A stretch of DNA of 64,000 nt from a virus (Duplodnaviria; Heunggongvirae; Uroviricota; Caudoviricetes): IMG/VR virus record IMGVR_UViG_3300044712_001463; one strand, written 5' to 3'. Positions 45,005 to 53,827 of this stretch are shown piece by piece. The notes beneath the pieces were generated by a model. That model made no database searches, was not told where the DNA came from, and saw only the letters and a program-made list of their open reading frames with translations. Both the position numbers and the translations under genes were made by a program. Numbering within the stretch: the stretch's first letter is position 1; each line of letters begins with the position of its first letter.

Positions 45005-45544
45005 ATGTTTAGAGATATCGCATTCTTCACGAGCATGTCATCGCACGATAAGAACATCCAGAAGGTAATCGATGACAGCTTCATAAACTACCTTACGAAG
45101 AGAGTTGTTGATGTGAAGAACTCGAAGGAGATCTTCCTCATCTTGTCCATGATTGAGATGCAGAACAAATACACGCGTGCGATGGAGTTGCTCAGGTCTA
45201 TCGAACTCGCAGTGCCGATGCTAGCAACTGTTCTCATCATGGCAGCAGGTGGCAAAAGTCTTCCGTTCTGGTTGTTCTTGCCTCTAGTGCTTGCCATCTT
45301 CTGGTCGTTCGATTTCTTTATCATGCGCCCAATCAAAATCCAGGTCATCCAGGGCTACCAGTTCAGGTTGATGTGCGATCTCACGCAGCAAGAAGACGCA
45401 GTCATCTGCCGGGAAGACTCAACTGATGACAGCAAGATTATAGTCAATAAAGACCCTGAGAAATCAGTGTATCTCCAGGAGTTCATTTCCAATGGTGAGA
45501 AGCTCCTCGAACAGTTCCGGCAAGACCTACTTAAAGGTAAGTAG
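45005..45544 (+). CDS. membrane protein (2 TM)
   Basis: RBS aaaggagcc; weaker promoter (-10 at 44968). Confidence 0.5.
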   Translation: MFRDIAFFTSMSSHDKNIQKVIDDSFINYLTKRVVDVKNSKEIFLILSMIEMQNKYTRAMELLRSIELAVPMLATVLIMAAGGKSLPFWLFLPLVLAIFWSFDFFIMRPIKIQVIQGYQFRLMCDLTQQEDAVICREDSTDDSKIIVNKDPEKSVYLQEFISNGEKLLEQFRQDLLKGK

Positions 45545-45653
45545 GCAGTCAATCTGCATTCACGGGCGCACACTGAGCAATGTCTGCAAAGCTTGCTTTG
45601 ACTCAGTGTGGCGTTCGGGGGAAGTTGCTGGATTCAAATATGATTTCACCAAG

Positions 45654-45830
45654 ATGGGCATCCCCAAAACATTCATGTGGGGTATGCGGTTGGTGTACGA
45701 AGAGAGTTCGGGTATAACCTGGACGATTAATACTGAGCGTTTGGATTCAGCCCCGGCGGATGTCGGGACTAATCATTTAGATGTCATCCTGGAAATCATT
45801 AAACTCTACTTGACAAGTTTGCGAGAATAG
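45654..45830 (+). CDS. possible small ORF (start unclear; GTG 45606 alternative)
   Basis: No SD; low support. Confidence 0.25.
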   Translation: MGIPKTFMWGMRLVYEESSGITWTINTERLDSAPADVGTNHLDVILEIIKLYLTSLRE

Positions 45831-45837
45831 ATATAAT
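45810..45837 (+). promoter_or_regulatory. cassette promoter
   Basis: consensus. Confidence 0.7.
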
Positions 45838-45860
45838 AGGAACTGTGAGATGCAGCAGGT

Positions 45861-45954
45861 GGTAGGGAGAAACGCTAGCGGTTATCACGGTCGAAGAACA
45901 TTCTCCGCCGACGGGAGACAAGGATAACCAAGACCTAGATTCCCTACCACCATC
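45861..45954 (+). promoter_or_regulatory. structured 5' leader: 11 bp inverted repeat GGTGGTAGGGA ... TCCCTACCACC enclosing ~72 nt, upstream of Cys-rich protein gene
   Basis: Between promoter 45810 and ATG 45974; no ORF. Confidence 0.4.
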
Positions 45955-45973
45955 CAAAACATTGAGGTTTCAA

Positions 45974-46261
45974 ATGTATAACTGTTGCAAGTGTGGGCGC
46001 AAGGGCATCACCTACGATGAAGATGTTCTTCGTGAAAACTGTCATGACTGTGGGGCAAAGGTCGGTCGGTGCCATAAGGCGGGATGCGATGTTGAGCGTT
46101 GTTCGGTCTGCAAGGGTCAGCGCCTCGGATGCGACTGTAAGGGTCATTCCCGCAAAGCCTCCAAGTGGACAGGTTTTTGGCCAGGAACCAAGGAAGCCGC
46201 CGCCAAGAAAATCTGTCTGAACTGCCTGACCATTGATGAAATGACAGGAGCCCAATCATGA
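45974..46261 (+). CDS. Cys-rich putative zinc-binding protein
   Basis: 14 Cys in CxxC-like pairs; structured 5' leader. Confidence 0.5.
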   Translation: MYNCCKCGRKGITYDEDVLRENCHDCGAKVGRCHKAGCDVERCSVCKGQRLGCDCKGHSRKASKWTGFWPGTKEAAAKKICLNCLTIDEMTGAQS

Positions 46262-46626
46262 AATCCCTTCGCATCGGTCTGACCATCCTGAATTGGCTCA
46301 TCATCATTGGCATTGTCGCCCTGCACAGGCATTACAATGTCCCTGCTAGCATTGGCTTTTTTAGCATCATGGCTGGCATGGCTATTCTTGGTTTAGGGAT
46401 GGTCATTGATGATTGTAAAAAGCAGGAGAGGAATGACAAGAAACAGTTATACATTAACGCCTACCATGCGGCAAAGGAACGGGTTCAGAAGGAAATGGCT
46501 GAATTTCCGAGACCTACTACTCCAGAAAAGTGTGAATGGGCGCAGGTTTCACATATTCATGATACTAATCTTGTCACACTCCTTCACAAGAAGGCGTGTG
46601 AACTTCAAGACAAGAAGGAGGATTAG
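46258..46626 (+). CDS. membrane protein
   Basis: ATGA coupling; 2 TM helices. Confidence 0.5.
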   Translation: MKSLRIGLTILNWLIIIGIVALHRHYNVPASIGFFSIMAGMAILGLGMVIDDCKKQERNDKKQLYINAYHAAKERVQKEMAEFPRPTTPEKCEWAQVSHIHDTNLVTLLHKKACELQDKKED

Positions 46627-46628
46627 CC

Positions 46629-47015
46629 ATGCTGGTCCAGCGTATCATCGCCCTTTCCTTTCTTGGTCTTATCATCTGGTTCTTTGTTTGGGTCTTCAAG
46701 AGCGCGGCAAAAGATAGGAGTAAGGCGATTGCCGACTTCAACCTTCAGGTTGCAGAATTCGCCGCTGAAGCAAGGATTATTCTTGCCAAGGCAAACATCA
46801 GTCTTTACGAAGTCTCTGAACCGAGCAAGATTCTTGGCGATGCCCCCATCGATTACTTCAAGGTTAACATTACTCCGAAAACCAGCCGCATGTTTCGGAA
46901 GGACAGGATAGGGCTCTTTTCTTTCAAGGCGTATGTATATGGCGTGGCTGATGCCCTGCAAACCCAAGAGCAACGCGATGATTTGGAAGAGCAAAAGAAG
47001 TCTCTTGACAAGTAA
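46629..47015 (+). CDS. membrane-anchored protein
   Basis: N-terminal TM; RBS aggagg. Confidence 0.5.
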   Translation: MLVQRIIALSFLGLIIWFFVWVFKSAAKDRSKAIADFNLQVAEFAAEARIILAKANISLYEVSEPSKILGDAPIDYFKVNITPKTSRMFRKDRIGLFSFKAYVYGVADALQTQEQRDDLEEQKKSLDK

Positions 47016-47032
47016 ACGGATATAGATATAAT
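47005..47032 (+). promoter_or_regulatory. cassette promoter
   Basis: consensus. Confidence 0.7.
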
Positions 47033-47060
47033 AGAGCCATACCCCAACTTAGAGGGCGTC

Positions 47061-47225
47061 ATGGTTGCCTTTCTCTCACTCGTAGTCGGTCTGCTCGTTG
47101 GCGCTGGGAGCACTTTCATCTTCGTTCTCCGTCCGCCTCGCCATCAGGTCAAGGCGACAGCCCCCATCGGTTTCGTGCCTGTGGCGGCAACGACAGCCTC
47201 CCGCAAGTCTACCATCGGTTTCTGA
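47061..47225 (+). CDS. small hydrophobic peptide (54 aa)
   Basis: Promoter 47005; leader cttagagggcgtcATG; not in ORF track. Confidence 0.4.
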   Translation: MVAFLSLVVGLLVGAGSTFIFVLRPPRHQVKATAPIGFVPVAATTASRKSTIGF

Positions 47226-47268
47226 GGTAGCCATGACCCGTCCATTCTATGATGGTGAGAGGTAATTC

Positions 47269-47769
47269 ATGAAAAAGATCCGTCCCATGACCATGAAGCA
47301 ATACAAGAAGATGGAAGCCTCTTCCATGCGGGTTCACGAAACCTTCCATGGGCTCTATGCCTATTTGAAGCGTTTCCCTGAATACTGCGATCTGCAACAT
47401 GGCACGCTTTGCAAGACGGTCTTCACCAAGAATCCCATTCCCACCAAGCGGCAATACCGAGTCCTGAACCCTGCCAAGATTCACGGCTACAGGGCAATGC
47501 TCCGTGTCAAGCGCTACGCCCAGAAGCACCCGAAGGAAGTCATCGAATGCCATGTGGATGATGCCTTTCATGCAGGTTCGAGCGTCTTTCTCATCGCTCA
47601 TCGGGACAGGAAGTCTAGGAAGGGTCATTGGATGGGCGTCACTGCTCTTTACATCCCGCAGTGCACTACCCAACAGAATGAGTTCTTCCTCTACCCTGGT
47701 GATCTTCAGGGGCTCATTGCTGGTCTTCAGCAGATGCAGAAGTTGCAAGGCAAGGATGAAGATGTCTAG
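47269..47769 (+). CDS. hypothetical protein
   Basis: SD gagagg; 166 aa. Confidence 0.5.
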   Translation: MKKIRPMTMKQYKKMEASSMRVHETFHGLYAYLKRFPEYCDLQHGTLCKTVFTKNPIPTKRQYRVLNPAKIHGYRAMLRVKRYAQKHPKEVIECHVDDAFHAGSSVFLIAHRDRKSRKGHWMGVTALYIPQCTTQQNEFFLYPGDLQGLIAGLQQMQKLQGKDEDV

Positions 47770-47806
47770 AATCCGAATCAAATCAAAGAGAAAAATGCGC
47801 TAGCCC

Positions 47807-47846
47807 AAAGGAGCCACCTCTAACCCAGGTGGCTCTTCTGTTTTCC
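47807..47846 (+). terminator. rho-independent terminator
   Basis: ggagccacctctaacccaggtggctcttctgttttcc. Confidence 0.6.
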
Positions 47847-47877
47847 GGCGACCGCCAGTCGGGTACCCGATGTCTAG

Positions 47878-47897
47878 CCTACTTACTTTTAAGTAGG
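47878..47897. repeat. inter-cassette palindrome CCTACTTA-CTTT-TAAGTAGG
   Basis: family member. Confidence 0.75.
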
Positions 47898-47942
47898 TGG
47901 TCACAGATCGTTACCGGCTAGCCAGGCGCCTTGAGTTCACTC

Positions 47943-47970
47943 TTGACAAGTCGCTCGCTTTGGATATAAT
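47943..47970 (+). promoter_or_regulatory. cassette promoter
   Basis: consensus. Confidence 0.7.
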
Positions 47971-47994
47971 AGAGATACACTCAAGGAGGCGGTC

Positions 47995-48159
47995 ATGGAA
48001 AAGTTATGGGTTTGGATTTCGCTTTACGGCTGCACTTTTTGCGGAATACTCATCGGGTTGGGCGTAGCCAAGTCCAATCCCAGGTTGGTTTTGTGCGGTA
48101 TCTTCATGGCGCTGATTTACTCTTTGATTGCTTTATTCAACCTGAACAAACTCAAGTAA
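47995..48159 (+). CDS. small TM peptide (54 aa)
   Basis: Promoter 47943; RBS aaggagg. Confidence 0.4.
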   Translation: MEKLWVWISLYGCTFCGILIGLGVAKSNPRLVLCGIFMALIYSLIALFNLNKLK

Positions 48160-48170
48160 GGAGAGTCGTC

Positions 48171-48365
48171 ATGCACCTCATCTGCCCCAAGAACAAGAAA
48201 CACAAGTTGTTCAGTGTCACGGCGCACGAAGTTCACGACTGGACCGTGGATGAAGATGGCGAGTTCGTTGCCGACATGGGCTGTTCCGAGATGGCTCACC
48301 GCCCTGATGCCAACGACTCCTACCATTGCCTCAAATGTGGGGCGGTGGCTAAAGTTCGCTCTTGA
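48171..48365 (+). CDS. small zinc-ribbon-like protein (CPKNKKH...CLKCG)
   Basis: RBS aaggag. Confidence 0.45.
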   Translation: MHLICPKNKKHKLFSVTAHEVHDWTVDEDGEFVADMGCSEMAHRPDANDSYHCLKCGAVAKVRS

Positions 48366-48389
48366 CAAGTTCTCCCGAATAGATATAAT
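48362..48389 (+). promoter_or_regulatory. cassette promoter
   Basis: consensus. Confidence 0.7.
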
Positions 48390-48421
48390 AAAGTCATAAC
48401 CCTTCACTCAAGAGGTCGGTC

Positions 48422-48613
48422 ATGGCTCGGAACAAGAAGATCCGCATCTCGGAACAGGACTTCAAGCGGTATGTGCGGGTTCAGATGAGCGGCGTCACCA
48501 ACATGTTCGCCATCGACACCGTGCGGCGTCTGACGGGTCTGACCGAGCAGAAGATCAAGTCCATCATGGACAACTACGACTCCCTCTGCGATGCCTACCC
48601 TTCGGTCGGGTAA
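48422..48613 (+). CDS. hypothetical protein
   Basis: Promoter 48362; leader ctcaagaggtcggtcATG. Confidence 0.5.
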   Translation: MARNKKIRISEQDFKRYVRVQMSGVTNMFAIDTVRRLTGLTEQKIKSIMDNYDSLCDAYPSVG

Positions 48614-48656
48614 GTCAGCACCTCGTTCTAGTTCCGAGGATACCAAGCAACTAGCA

Positions 48657-48697
48657 AGAAAGACCTCTCTTAACCGAGAGGTCTTTTTGTTTGTCTT
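48657..48697 (+). terminator. rho-independent terminator
   Basis: agacctctcttaaccgagaggtctttttgtttg. Confidence 0.65.
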
Positions 48698-48753
48698 CAG
48701 TTATCTGGAATTTCCGGATACCTGCCACCTCCGTCGTAACCCCGGTCTCATCT

Positions 48754-48776
48754 AACCTACTTATTTTTAAGTAGGT
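48754..48776. repeat. inter-cassette palindrome ACCTACTTA-TTTT-TAAGTAGGT
   Basis: family member. Confidence 0.8.
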
Positions 48777-48828
48777 GCCTGCTAGCGACGCGCTCTTCAG
48801 AATTCTGGAGCAATTGTTGTATAAACCC

Positions 48829-48856
48829 TTGACAGGTTTTCATATCTATGTATAAT
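48829..48856 (+). promoter_or_regulatory. cassette promoter (TTGACAggt)
   Basis: consensus hexamers. Confidence 0.65.
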
Positions 48857-48900
48857 ACAACTATCAGCCCTGAATCACTTCTCTCTAAAGAGGCATCGTC

Positions 48901-49749
48901 ATGGCAAAGGACAGGTTCAACAGCGGGGACGAAGGAAAGAAGATGGACTGGCGGGCTCTTGAGTTGATTCAGGTCGAGAAGGTTCTCGGTTCCATTCCCA
49001 AGGGTCAGGTGTATGTGAGCCTCACCCACAAGTTCATGAAGCACGGCAAGATTGACCCCAAGTCGGAAGTCGGCATGGGGATTCGCCTTGGCATCTTCAG
49101 CCCCAAGCAGGTTGTGAGCGTGGATATGAATCCCTCTATCTGCGTTCTCAATCACCTTGGCAACCGTCAGGGAGTCAGCATCAAGCAGGGCGACCTCGCT
49201 CATGTGGTCAAGCGTCTTGTCGCGCAGGGCGTCAAGATTGCTTGGGTGTCGGCAGACCTCATGGCAATGCCCAAGAAGGTTGCTCCGTGGATTGCTTCCA
49301 TCATGGAGAGCCTGAACACCAAGGGACAGCCCGAAAAGGCAGGGCTGTTCGTCAACGCGGTGTCGCAGTCCCATGCCTACGATGTTCGGCACACCACCAT
49401 CCACAAGGTCATGGTGGCAGAGAGCGAAGAATTCAGGGCGGCATACCGCAAGTCGTCCTGCAAGCCCTCGGAGTGGCAGGAAGAAGATTGTCTGCTCTCC
49501 CACATCAACCACAGGACGGCAAAGGAGTGGATGCAGTCAGCCCTCTACATCAAGACACCCAACAAGGGATACAATCCCAACAAGAAGGTCGAACCCCCCA
49601 AGGCATCCGTTTACGCCATGCTCAAGAACGGGCAAAAGAAGCGCTACACGCGCATCGTCAACGAAATCGAGTGCCTCCGTTCTTCGGGCAAGAAAGCCGC
49701 CCGCCGCAGGTATCTCAACAGCCTCGTTGCAGGTTGGCTCGGCAAGTAA
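48901..49749 (+). CDS. hypothetical protein (282 aa, largest cassette gene)
   Basis: Promoter 48829; leader ctctctaaagaggcatcgtcATG; terminator. Confidence 0.55.
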   Translation: MAKDRFNSGDEGKKMDWRALELIQVEKVLGSIPKGQVYVSLTHKFMKHGKIDPKSEVGMGIRLGIFSPKQVVSVDMNPSICVLNHLGNRQGVSIKQGDLAHVVKRLVAQGVKIAWVSADLMAMPKKVAPWIASIMESLNTKGQPEKAGLFVNAVSQSHAYDVRHTTIHKVMVAESEEFRAAYRKSSCKPSEWQEEDCLLSHINHRTAKEWMQSALYIKTPNKGYNPNKKVEPPKASVYAMLKNGQKKRYTRIVNEIECLRSSGKKAARRRYLNSLVAGWLGK

Positions 49750-49769
49750 GCCCCAAACATCCTGAAGCA

Positions 49770-49810
49770 AACCAAGACCTTCCTAAATCGGGAAGGTCTT
49801 TTTCTTTCCC
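49770..49810 (+). terminator. rho-independent terminator
   Basis: agaccttcctaaatcgggaaggtctttttctttcc. Confidence 0.65.
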
Positions 49811-49847
49811 GGTCATCGCTGCGACTGGAGTGGCGCCTGGTCTCATC

Positions 49848-49872
49848 TGACCTACTTAAATATAAGTAGGTC
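49848..49872. repeat. inter-cassette palindrome GACCTACTTA-AATA-TAAGTAGGTC
   Basis: family member. Confidence 0.8.
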
Positions 49873-50038
49873 TTATCCGGGCAGCCCGCTGCAACTGATG
49901 TCCCAGGTGAGTAGTACTTTATTCTGAGGGCTCCCCTAATCTAGGTTCAAAACCTACTATAGATAGTTAGGGAATAATGTCCTACCCCTGCCCTTTATAT
50001 ATCAGGAAGACAAAACAACCCATTCTCTGAGGTGAGTC

Positions 50039-50353
50039 ATGTGGCACTACTCCATCAAGCAGTTCAACTACCAGACGGGGCAGTTCGAGTTTTACTCCCA
50101 CGGAGTCTCGACAGAGCACGAGGGGTGGGAGGTCGTCTTTGCCAATGCCGAGCAGTTCAGGTTGGTGGAGGCACCCCGGAAGTTCGGGCAGGTGCGACAC
50201 GGTATGCGTGCCACACTGACGGATAGGGCAACGCGGGAGGTAGTCTTTGTCGCACGGGTCTTTGAGGACGGAAACCCTGAGCAGCACGAACCCCTTCCTG
50301 GCGAGCCGCTCGAATACGAAGACCTCGCATCTCCCCTGGATTCTGAAGACTAG
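50039..50353 (+). CDS. hypothetical protein
   Basis: SD gaggtgag; no consensus promoter upstream. Confidence 0.45.
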   Translation: MWHYSIKQFNYQTGQFEFYSHGVSTEHEGWEVVFANAEQFRLVEAPRKFGQVRHGMRATLTDRATREVVFVARVFEDGNPEQHEPLPGEPLEYEDLASPLDSED

Positions 50354-50362
50354 TAGTCAAGT

Positions 50363-50397
50363 AAAAGAAGCCCCTAGAAATAGGGGCTTTTCTTTTG
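50363..50397 (+). terminator. rho-independent terminator
   Basis: gaagcccctagaaataggggcttttcttttg. Confidence 0.65.
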
Positions 50398-50444
50398 CGC
50401 AAACAACCAGGCGTCAGTTTGCCGGAGCTCCTGGGGACTCATAT

Positions 50445-50466
50445 ACCTACTTATATATAAGTAGGT
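50445..50466. repeat. inter-cassette palindrome ACCTACTTA-TATA-TAAGTAGGT
   Basis: family member. Confidence 0.8.
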
Positions 50467-50520
50467 CAGATGTCTCCTCCGCCAGCTAGCCGGGATCGAT
50501 CTGACTGGCGTCATCTCTTC

Positions 50521-50548
50521 TTGACAAGTTCTCATATTCATGTATAAT
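50521..50548 (+). promoter_or_regulatory. cassette promoter
   Basis: consensus. Confidence 0.7.
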
Positions 50549-50577
50549 AGACTTACACCCAAACCAAGGAGTAAGTC

Positions 50578-50751
50578 ATGGGATGCGATAACTGCAAATA
50601 CCTTAAGAGGCAGATATACGGTCTTCGCATGGATGGAACTGTTGATACTATCGGTTCCTGTATGTTCCTCGTCAATGGCATCAAGATTCGTGGCGCTAAG
50701 AAAGAAACCGACACCTGCGCCGACTTCGAAGAAACCCCAACCAAGGAGTAA
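50578..50751 (+). CDS. small Cys-containing protein (57 aa)
   Basis: Promoter 50521; SD aaggagtaag. Confidence 0.4.
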   Translation: MGCDNCKYLKRQIYGLRMDGTVDTIGSCMFLVNGIKIRGAKKETDTCADFEETPTKE

Positions 50752-50754
50752 GTC

Positions 50755-50991
50755 ATGAACAATCAAGAGCGCCAAGCCCTCATCAACGAACTGAACGCCA
50801 ACCTCAAGTCCATCCACAAGTGCTCCCGCCACACCCGCCGTGAACGGGCAGTCAGCGCAATGAAGGTCTGCCTTGCGCTCGGCAAGGACACGGACAACCG
50901 TGAGGATGGCGTCATCGACCTCTGCAAGAGCATCGTCAAGGCATCGGGGTATGCCTACGAGCGAATCGTCAACCTCGCCTTCATCCTCTGA
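50755..50991 (+). CDS. hypothetical protein
   Basis: SD aaggagtaag. Confidence 0.5.
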   Translation: MNNQERQALINELNANLKSIHKCSRHTRRERAVSAMKVCLALGKDTDNREDGVIDLCKSIVKASGYAYERIVNLAFIL

Positions 50992-50998
50992 GCAGGTC

Positions 50999-51175
50999 AT
51001 GGAAATCGTCATCCTCGAAAAATACACAGGCGGCAACCTCGTCAAGAAAGAACTTGCCGCCTTGAAGCAGGGGAAGAATCCGTGGAAGGGAGTAAGCGGA
51101 TTGAGCCCCTTGGTTAAGAAGATACAAAAGAGGAATGAAAAACTTCAGAACTTCAAAAAGCAATTCTCTTACTAG
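50999..51175 (+). CDS. small protein (58 aa)
   Basis: ATG after upstream stop. Confidence 0.35.
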   Translation: MEIVILEKYTGGNLVKKELAALKQGKNPWKGVSGLSPLVKKIQKRNEKLQNFKKQFSY

Positions 51176-51185
51176 GAGCGCCATC

Positions 51186-51425
51186 ATGCAAATCCACCTG
51201 TTGGTCATGGAAGAGATGAAACCCATCCCCAAGAACATCAAGGTTCTGTTTGACTGGGATGAAGTGGGCATCGTCACGGACAAGAAAACCACCGTCTCGG
51301 GGACGCACATGATGGTGGAAGGCACCGAGGAAGCGCTCAAGGCATGGCTGTCGCCGTTCGATGCTGTCTGGGTGGGCAAGGGAGCGCCCCAACTTCAGAA
51401 CTTCCAAGTCATGCACATCGCCTAG
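51186..51425 (+). CDS. hypothetical protein
   Basis: SD taggag. Confidence 0.45.
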   Translation: MQIHLLVMEEMKPIPKNIKVLFDWDEVGIVTDKKTTVSGTHMMVEGTEEALKAWLSPFDAVWVGKGAPQLQNFQVMHIA

Positions 51426-51436
51426 GGAGCCCTGTC

Positions 51437-51712
51437 ATGGAAATTACCAACATCGAGCAGTTGTATGACACCATGAGGGATTGCGGCATCTGCACCCCTG
51501 GTGAACGTTGGGCAGGTGGTCTTTCCCATCATCCCAAGTCCATCGCACTGTTCAATGCGCTTTCCGTCATCGATATGGTGACGAACAAGGGCGAAGGGGA
51601 TTGGACCTCTGGTGGTGACGGAGACAACGGAGAGCAGTTGATGTATCTTTTCGACATCATTTTCGAACTCGAAGGACTCGGATATACCGTCAGCAAAGAT
51701 GCGTGGATGTAG
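51437..51712 (+). CDS. hypothetical acidic protein
   Basis: SD tagggag. Confidence 0.45.
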   Translation: MEITNIEQLYDTMRDCGICTPGERWAGGLSHHPKSIALFNALSVIDMVTNKGEGDWTSGGDGDNGEQLMYLFDIIFELEGLGYTVSKDAWM

Positions 51713-51759
51713 TCATGGCACATATCCGACTTAGGTCAACCCGAAAAATGCGCTGAACT

Positions 51760-51800
51760 AAAAGAGGGCTCTCTTAACTGGGAGCCCTCTTCAGTTTTCC
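51760..51800 (+). terminator. rho-independent terminator
   Basis: agagggctctcttaactgggagccctcttcagttttcc. Confidence 0.6.
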
Positions 51801-51831
51801 GGTCATCTCCTCCCGGGGATCACCGGTAATA

Positions 51832-51854
51832 GACCTACTTACTTTTAAGTAGGT
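51832..51854. repeat. inter-cassette palindrome GACCTACTTA-CTTT-TAAGTAGGT
   Basis: family member. Confidence 0.8.
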
Positions 51855-51896
51855 ATAGCCTACCTAGCCAGGGAACCCGACCTGGTCATCTCGAGC

Positions 51897-51924
51897 TTGA
51901 CAAGTTCAAAGATTTCGGTATAAT
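51897..51924 (+). promoter_or_regulatory. cassette promoter
   Basis: consensus. Confidence 0.7.
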
Positions 51925-51944
51925 AGAATCAAGGAGATAGCCCA

Positions 51945-52352
51945 ATGCAAATCCACCAAACAATCGGCAAGGTGCGTAGCGCTCTAGAGATTTATGCTAG
52001 CCGCCATCATCTGCTCGGAGCAGACGAAAGTCTGACCTGCTGGTGTGCCATTGGGTCATCCGTTCTCAAGCGCATCCTGAAGGAAAAGCACAATCTCAAT
52101 CCCAAGTTTGTCCGAGGTGCGTGTCTCAATGGCAATCACTGCTGGATTGAATTAGAGGAATACGCGATTGATATAACCGCGTCGCAGTTCTTCAATCAGA
52201 AGGTAAAGATATTCAAGACCAAGAAATACAACAAGGATGAATACGACCCTATCGAAGTCCTAGAGAACGAATACAAACTTGATTGGGGAGACCAAGCACC
52301 CAAACCCAAGCACCTCAAGGCAGTAAAGGCAATCCTCAAAACCCTCTCTTAA
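51945..52352 (+). CDS. hypothetical protein
   Basis: Promoter 51897; SD aaggag. Confidence 0.5.
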   Translation: MQIHQTIGKVRSALEIYASRHHLLGADESLTCWCAIGSSVLKRILKEKHNLNPKFVRGACLNGNHCWIELEEYAIDITASQFFNQKVKIFKTKKYNKDEYDPIEVLENEYKLDWGDQAPKPKHLKAVKAILKTLS

Positions 52353-52375
52353 TCGGAGAGGGTTTTCTCTTTCCC
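52339..52375 (+). terminator. rho-independent terminator
   Basis: aaccctctcttaatcggagagggttttctctttcc. Confidence 0.65.
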
Positions 52376-52411
52376 GGCGATCTCTTCCGGTACGCGTGCA
52401 GCACTGCCAAA

Positions 52412-52433
52412 ACCTACTTATCTTTAAGTAGGT
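52412..52433. repeat. inter-cassette palindrome ACCTACTTA-TCTT-TAAGTAGGT
   Basis: family member. Confidence 0.8.
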
Positions 52434-52476
52434 GCCTGCCACCACCAGGATGTCCTCCCAGCGGGCGACTTTCTCC

Positions 52477-52504
52477 TTGACAAGTTCGCCTATTTATGTA
52501 TAAT
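52477..52504 (+). promoter_or_regulatory. cassette promoter (unit near-identical to 53528)
   Basis: consensus. Confidence 0.7.
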
Positions 52505-52534
52505 ATAATCATACCCAAACAAAGAGGTGCTCAA

Positions 52535-52756
52535 ATGAATCCGTGGGTTTCCTCAATCATCTTCCTCTCCTTCATCCTCATCTGCGCCAAGGACAAGATT
52601 CTTGCTCTGTTCTGTATCCTGCTCTTCATCGCAGAGAACACCTACTTCGGGTGGAACCTGCATCCTTCCTGCACAGGGGAAGAGGTCTGCGACTTGTTCG
52701 TTCTCATCGTTGGCATCTTTGCCCTCTTCCACGAACCCAAGACAAAGGAGAATTAA
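52535..52756 (+). CDS. small membrane protein
   Basis: Promoter 52477; start ATG 52535. Confidence 0.5.
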   Translation: MNPWVSSIIFLSFILICAKDKILALFCILLFIAENTYFGWNLHPSCTGEEVCDLFVLIVGIFALFHEPKTKEN

Positions 52757-52758
52757 CC

Positions 52759-53169
52759 ATGTCCATCCTCAAGCAAGCGCTCGACCTGTCAGGCGTCATC
52801 GACAAGAACGAAACAGCGAAGCAGGTGAATGAAGTCATCGACACCCTCGACCTTCACAGCAAGGAAGGAACCGCTGTCGGCAAGAACCTCGGTGTCCTGC
52901 TCTCGGCAACCAAGTTCGCTCATCACCTCGGAACCTTCAAGGCACTCTTCATCGTCATCCTCAACCTCGCTCTCTACAACAACATCCCTAATCACCTGCT
53001 CGCCATCTCTCTCGCCGTCCTCATCGACTTCCTCTTTCTCAGGTCTATGAAGTCCGTCCAAGAACGGTTCATGGTGGTCTGCATGGCATGGACTACCGAC
53101 TTCACCCTCGGCAGGTTCGACATGGAAGGCAATTCAGTCAAGACCTACACGAAGTTGATTCGGAAGTAG
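52759..53169 (+). CDS. membrane protein
   Basis: SD aaggag; start ATG 52759. Confidence 0.5.
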   Translation: MSILKQALDLSGVIDKNETAKQVNEVIDTLDLHSKEGTAVGKNLGVLLSATKFAHHLGTFKALFIVILNLALYNNIPNHLLAISLAVLIDFLFLRSMKSVQERFMVVCMAWTTDFTLGRFDMEGNSVKTYTKLIRK

Positions 53170-53382
53170 GACCATCGCAGTTCAGGTGTCCCTTCACAGG
53201 GTAAGACGACAAAAGGGTTCGCGTTTCATGGTAACGTCGAAGGATGTGGGTTCCTATTAGGAATTGCTAGGGACCAAGGTTAGAACCCCATTACCTACTT
53301 CACATCCGCAAGGGTAAGATAATCCCTGCATCTGACAAGCGTAATCTCATTCCCGTTCTGAGAAAACCAAGCAACGGGCAAT

Positions 53383-53420
53383 AATGAAACCCTCTCCTGC
53401 AAGAGAGGGTTTTTTGTTTG
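53383..53420 (+). terminator. rho-independent terminator
   Basis: aaaccctctcctgcaagagagggttttttgtttg. Confidence 0.7.
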
Positions 53421-53463
53421 TCAGCAGTCCCCACTGGTACCGGACATCTCCGACGGCAATAGA

Positions 53464-53483
53464 ACTACTTATATATAAGTAGG
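53464..53483. repeat. inter-cassette palindrome aCTACTTA-TATA-TAAGTAGG
   Basis: family member. Confidence 0.75.
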
Positions 53484-53527
53484 TAGGACATCCCAAGAAG
53501 TTCTCCTCCCAGGGGACTACTTCGCCC

Positions 53528-53555
53528 TTGACAAGTATTCGAATTTATGTATAAT
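53528..53555 (+). promoter_or_regulatory. cassette promoter
   Basis: consensus. Confidence 0.7.
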
Positions 53556-53585
53556 ATAATCATACCCACCAAACAGGAGACTTCC

Positions 53586-53825
53586 ATGACCAAGAACATC
53601 TTCAATGCAATCGTCATCACCTACATGCTCATCGCCATCGCTGTCTCCTGCTACTGCAATATCATCAAGGGGTTCCGAATCTTCGACCTGCCCATGCAGT
53701 TTCGGGAAGAGGTCTACACCGCTTCAGGTCTGCTGTGGAACCACATCACCACCGATTTCGCCCTGCTCTGCCTGATTCCCACCCTGCTTGTTGGGGTCTA
53801 CATCATCTTCTTTGTGAAGGACTAG
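53586..53825 (+). CDS. small membrane protein
   Basis: Promoter 53528 with leader near-identical to 52477 unit; start ATG 53586. Confidence 0.5.
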   Translation: MTKNIFNAIVITYMLIAIAVSCYCNIIKGFRIFDLPMQFREEVYTASGLLWNHITTDFALLCLIPTLLVGVYIIFFVKD

Positions 53826-53827
53826 TC

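Noticed and set aside
48757-49512. 251 aa reverse-strand ORF, and alternative + frames 49242..49850 and 49373..49765
   Set aside because: They overlap the well-supported + cassette gene 48901..49749. High GC creates long open frames on all strands.
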